From the NCBI RefSeq assembly GCF_964355755.1, contig NC_092673.1, forward strand, positions 29,447,648 to 29,511,647: a stretch of DNA of 64,000 bases, read 5' to 3'. Positions within the stretch are counted from its first letter, which is position 1. Each line of letters starts with the position of its first letter. A program made the position numbers and the translations under genes. Positions 63,501-64,000 of the stretch are shown here, one piece after another. The stretch comes from Antedon mediterranea (taxonomy: Eukaryota > Animalia > Echinodermata). The notes under the pieces were generated by a model, which worked only from the letters and a program-made list of their open reading frames with translations, had not been told where the DNA came from and made no database searches.

Positions 63501-63802
63501 GTCGTGACGAAATGTGTTCCACTTATTGCTAAACATTACAGAAATATAAATTATTATTTCAGATTGTGATGCTCCACAGTTGACTTGTCCTGATAATTTT
63601 AACCTAACTGCTGATGAAAATTGTGAGGCTTCTATCACATGGGACCCAATTGATGTGTATGATAATTCTGGAGATATTCTTACTGTTGAGTGTGATTTTG
63701 ACAATGGTACACTTGTTACAACTGGAGATTACAATATAGCGTGCCGGGTGCAAGACTCTACTGGCAACAATGGCACCTGTGAATTTAACGTTGTAGTTAC
63801 AG
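5386..63802 (+). CDS. Giant multi-exon extracellular protein: 8 EGF + 3 HYR + SEA + >=90 HYR (hyalin-like/HYR-repeat protein); partial, extends beyond both ends
   Basis: 103 exons with polypyrimidine-AG acceptors and GT donors. All are phase 1-1 except the SEA pair (1-0, 0-1), and they splice in frame to ~23.7 kb. The HYR consensus D..P.i.CP...W....atDN....G.t.v...atD..gN...C.F.v.v recurs in every HYR exon. Confidence 0.9.
5569..5732. mobile_element. MITE family A, PIF/Harbinger-like (TTA TSD)
   Basis: TIRs AGCTCTGTCTACACTATCA...TGATAGTGTAGACAGAGCT, flanked by TTA at 5566-5568 and 5733-5735. Related copies lie at ~6265-6360, ~49191-49476 and ~60744-60867. Confidence 0.85.
6034..7927 (+). CDS. 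EGF-like exons 2-5
   Basis: Phase-1 exons 6034-6156, 6621-6740, 7144-7260 and 7811-7927, each with the pattern xxCSPxxCxNxGVC...CxCxGxGxxGxxC. The 7811 exon is missing from the ORF track. Confidence 0.9.
6265..6522. mobile_element. Partial MITE A abutting a decayed MITE B copy
   Basis: 6265-6360 matches family A and ends in tgatagtgtggacagagctt. 6362-6522 carries the ttgaccaatcac...gtggttggtcaa palindrome shared with the insert at 49225-49372 and with 10788-10897. Confidence 0.6.
6794..7015 (+). repeat. 19-bp minisatellite (AAGCACGTAAGCGCAACCT) x ~11
   Basis: Direct tandem repeat with period 19 and few substitutions. Confidence 0.95.
8103..8276. mobile_element. MITE with 8-bp TSD (hAT- or Zisupton-like), internal CTCGAAAACAGAGAC repeats in both orientations
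   Basis: TIRs CGGGTGTC...GACACCCG with a perfect flanking duplication CAATGTAT at 8095-8102 and 8277-8284. Confidence 0.85.
9434..10683 (+). CDS. EGF-like exons 6-8
   Basis: Phase-1 exons 9434-9550 (DPCSPSPCMNGGECMDEGGGNYTCDC), 10088-10201 (NPCSGAACMNGGTCNDLGNGNFTCNC) and 10573-10683 (NPCLLEPCENGECYIL...CNCTGTGYDGTAC). None is in the ORF track. Confidence 0.88.
11079..13007 (+). CDS. HYR exons 1-3 (canonical type, before the SEA domain)
   Basis: Exons 11079-11327, 12049-12288 and 12768-13007 (DVEDPVLICP..., DMESPDITCP..., DEEDPLITCP...FPVGTTEV...CSFDV). They lack the extra cysteines of the later array. Confidence 0.9.
11641..11979. mobile_element. MITE (~340 bp) with ~55-bp imperfect TIRs
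   Basis: Left end accttttcacatctgca...ttgttacaacttgttataagttgtaattaggttt is the reverse complement of right end aaacctggttacaacttgttacaagttgttacattttgcagatgtgaaaagggt. Confidence 0.75.
13284..13412 (+). mobile_element. 3' fragment of the Deu/Nin-type SINE
   Basis: Matches 29002-29115 (tctttcgaga.gagta...cacagccact...ctggg.cctctgggaga.cag.tttgactgaagagg..acccagtataaa). Confidence 0.7.
13788..14524 (+). CDS. SEA domain, two exons, with GSVV autoproteolysis motif
   Basis: Exon 13788-13915 (KKTYSITMTFYEINGNNYTFTDALNNQTSDTYMNLENSVCES, phase 1-0) plus exon 14359-14524 (VSHLNPDMCTVTDFTSGSVVADFTLDF..., phase 0-1). The F..L....S..Y..L pattern and FxxG-SVV are SEA hallmarks. Confidence 0.8.
14785..14865 (-). 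mobile_element. L2/SINE-type 3' tail remnant
   Basis: Minus strand reads tgtacagcgcttagag...aaacgctttataaat followed by (TTA)n, which resembles the L2-type 3' stem-loop and tail. Confidence 0.45.
15505..18130 (+). CDS. HYR exons 4-8 (start of alternating Cys-rich array)
   Basis: Exons 15505-15735, 16433-16681, 16873-17112, 17366-17617 and 17891-18130. Confidence 0.9.
18626..20761 (+). CDS. HYR exons 9-14 (six-exon unit 1)
   Basis: Exons 18626-18868 (DDTPP), 19113-19346 (DCQAP), 19467-19712 (DIISP), 19831-20070 (DNEAP), 20191-20430 (DEREP) and 20522-20761 (DCEPP). Confidence 0.9.
21027..23060 (+). CDS. HYR exons 15-20 (unit 2)
   Basis: Exons 21027-21269, 21370-21603, 21708-21953, 22060-22299, 22422-22661 and 22821-23060. 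Confidence 0.9.
23327..25361 (+). CDS. HYR exons 21-26 (unit 3)
   Basis: Exons 23327-23569, 23669-23902, 24007-24252, 24361-24600, 24723-24962 and 25122-25361. Confidence 0.9.
25628..27590 (+). CDS. HYR exons 27-32 (unit 4)
   Basis: Exons 25628-25870, 25970-26203, 26306-26551, 26657-26896, 27008-27247 and 27351-27590. Confidence 0.9.
27800..30144 (+). CDS. HYR exons 33-38 (unit 5)
   Basis: Exons 27800-28042, 28142-28375, 28539-28784, 29203-29442, 29563-29802 and 29905-30144. Confidence 0.9.
28813..29120 (+). mobile_element. tRNA-derived SINE with Deu/Nin-like central domain, inserted in a unit-5 intron
   Basis: Pol III A box TGGCCGAGCGG (~28821) and B box GGTTCGAGGC (~28876). Core TCGGATGAGGACTATAAACCGTAGGTCC...TTAAAGAACC...GAGTAGGGGGTTACCCCGGTGT. 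Absent from the paralogous introns of the other units. A decayed copy lies at ~45645-45752. Confidence 0.8.
30348..32365 (+). CDS. HYR exons 39-44 (unit 6)
   Basis: Exons 30348-30590, 30694-30927, 31099-31341 (one codon shorter), 31436-31675, 31790-32029 and 32126-32365. Confidence 0.9.
32571..34819 (+). CDS. HYR exons 45-50 (unit 7)
   Basis: Exons 32571-32813, 32911-33144, 33416-33661, 33759-33998, 34166-34405 and 34580-34819. Confidence 0.9.
34957..41581 (+). CDS. HYR exons 51-56 (unit 8, expanded by intronic satellite, LINE fragment and DNA transposon)
   Basis: Exons 34957-35199, 37213-37446, 40327-40572, 40662-40901, 41011-41250 and 41342-41581. Confidence 0.88.
35218..36003 (+). repeat. 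Minisatellite built from CCTGTATA / CCTGTATGCG, with ~80-100 bp higher-order repeats
   Basis: Direct tandem repeats. The block cctatacttgtatgcacctgtatacctgtatgtgcacctgtatatatctgtatgcg recurs about five times. Confidence 0.95.
36004..36597 (+). mobile_element. 5'-truncated LINE 3' end (RTE-X-like) inserted into the minisatellite
   Basis: Encodes SSKLRYYKMFK...RALSQLRLGTLQLEVERGRW...RLCKICNIN*VEDEYHFVTVC..Y...R (C-terminal CCHC-type region), followed by a 3'UTR, AATAAA and a (TGAA)n tail. Confidence 0.8.
36598..37090 (+). repeat. Continuation of the CCTGTAT minisatellite (variant units CCTGTATGTACA / CCTGTATGAACA)
   Basis: Same core motif as 35218-36003, more degenerate toward the 3' end. Confidence 0.92.
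37496..40243. mobile_element. Non-autonomous Academ-like DNA transposon (2.75 kb)
   Basis: Termini TAGTCCAGTAAA...TTTACTGGACTA with a 3-bp TSD TAT (37493-37495, 40244-40246). Long subterminal repeat blocks occur twice on the left and three times, inverted, on the right. The empty site is visible in the unit-7 paralogous intron (~33190, ttttattcttaat). Confidence 0.85.
41785..45527 (+). CDS. HYR exons 57-64
   Basis: Exons 41785-42027, 42132-42365, 42633-42878, 43029-43268, 43839-44087, 44595-44834, 44948-45196 and 45288-45527. Confidence 0.88.
42486..42516. repeat. (TA)n microsatellite
   Basis: About 15 TA units. Shorter runs lie at ~635-650 and ~49502-49522. Confidence 0.9.
44129..44520. 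mobile_element. Probable truncated Kolobok-like non-autonomous element
   Basis: Begins TTAA|AGATGTATTATCCC and is CpG-richer than neighbouring introns. The matching right terminus was not found. Confidence 0.35.
45974..54181 (+). CDS. HYR exons 65-79 (older, diverged six-exon periodicity)
   Basis: Exons 45974-46249, 46385-46618, 46810-47055, 47160-47399, 47508-47747, 48170-48409, 48903-49145, 49779-50012, 50148-50393, 50549-50785, 51247-51486, 51883-52122, 53110-53352, 53480-53713 and 53936-54181. Confidence 0.88.
47852..47984. mobile_element. Palindromic MITE remnant
   Basis: Outer inverted repeat ttctccactaggcgaa...ttcgcctagtggaaaa, with inner inverted repeat gaatcaacagcgtcagctta / taagctgtcgcttttgattc. 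Confidence 0.65.
49191..49476. mobile_element. MITE A copy with nested MITE B (~49225-49372)
   Basis: Family-A ends (tta|agctctgtct...gtagacagagct|tta) are interrupted by an insert with inverted ends gcttggttcccactag...ctaataggaaccaagt. Confidence 0.75.
52318..52720 (-). mobile_element. Decayed LINE 3' fragment (RTE-X-like)
   Basis: Minus strand reads ...LVHFLKVAWEKRSEL..*, then a 3'UTR, AATAAA and a (TTA)n tail at ~52318-52337. Confidence 0.4.
54601..58633 (+). CDS. HYR exons 80-88
   Basis: Exons 54601-54837, 54945-55190, 55510-55746, 56117-56362, 56571-56807, 56963-57205, 57351-57590, 57932-58171 and 58394-58633 (alternative donor possible at 58753). Confidence 0.87.
59023..59435 (-). mobile_element. 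Decayed LINE 3' fragment (Rex1/Babar- or L2-like)
   Basis: Minus strand encodes VNKFLKSFIPYSISLL, resembling the T.R...SF.P.AI.LLN RT terminus, followed by a 3'UTR with AATAAA. Confidence 0.45.
59481..63802 (+). CDS. HYR exons 89-93 (two-exon repeat); gene continues past the window
   Basis: Exons 59481-59720, 60002-60244, 60966-61205, 62116-62358 and 63563-63802. The last ends in a phase-1 GT donor with no stop codon. Confidence 0.88.
60744..60867. mobile_element. MITE family A copy
   Basis: tta|agctccactatcaaac...tttgatagtgtagacagagct|tta. Confidence 0.75.
61470..62012 (-). mobile_element. 5'-truncated L2/CR1-type LINE 3' end with internal 208-bp tandem duplication
   Basis: Minus strand reads ELPEMIKNSLILDSFQIFLNSLKSHVLY*, a 3' hairpin (gggagtaggcaggaacct...aggttccgtactccc), AATAAA and a (TAA)n tail. 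61553-61760 is repeated at 61761-61961. Confidence 0.7.
62463..63182 (+). repeat. 88-bp tandem repeat x ~8
   Basis: Unit tttgttaccttcttagtttagttgttttgtatttgttgtcttgttttgccctgcatatgcttggttctccaagctgtgacctgggatg, period 88, near-identical copies. Confidence 0.95.
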
Positions 63803-64000
63803 GTATAATATCAATATTTAAGTGCCAGATCCACTGCTTCCAATTAATCATAAATATTATACTATATTGCTTGCTGAATTTAGAACTATATTATCAAACT
63901 TTATGTCTTGACAACATTGCTACATATAATATACACAATGCAAATAAAGCATGGAATACCTCCATGAATGCATAGCCATGAATTTTTAAATGAAGTTATG

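Noticed and set aside
19273-63704. Recurrent minus-strand ORFs (e.g. MSSPQQLSVATA..., MYSTTVTPILK...)
   Set aside because: They are antisense shadows of the repeated HYR exons, with no independent splice structure or domain signal.

Overview
AT-rich animal genomic DNA, probably an invertebrate deuterostome such as an echinoderm (inferred from HYR/hyalin-type repeats and a Deu/Nin-domain SINE). Positions ~79-5327 hold a full-length but damaged CR1/L2-group LINE on the minus strand, with ORF1, an endonuclease/RT ORF2 and a poly(A) tail. The rest of the window, 5386-63802, is part of one giant plus-strand gene. I read 103 GT-AG exons by hand: 8 EGF-like exons, 3 HYR exons, a 2-exon SEA domain with a GSVV autocleavage motif, then 90 more single-domain HYR exons. 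Together they give about 23.7 kb of open coding sequence (~7,900 aa), with no start or stop codon inside the window. The HYR array alternates two domain types whose extra cysteines co-vary between neighbouring domains, which suggests a rod stapled by inter-domain disulfides with a periodic unstapled hinge. The array grew as ~2.3-kb six-exon units, changes to two-exon units near the 3' end, and shows exon-level homogenisation. The introns carry an Academ-like element, several MITE families, SINEs, LINE 3' fragments and minisatellites. All coordinates were read by eye and may be off by a few bases.
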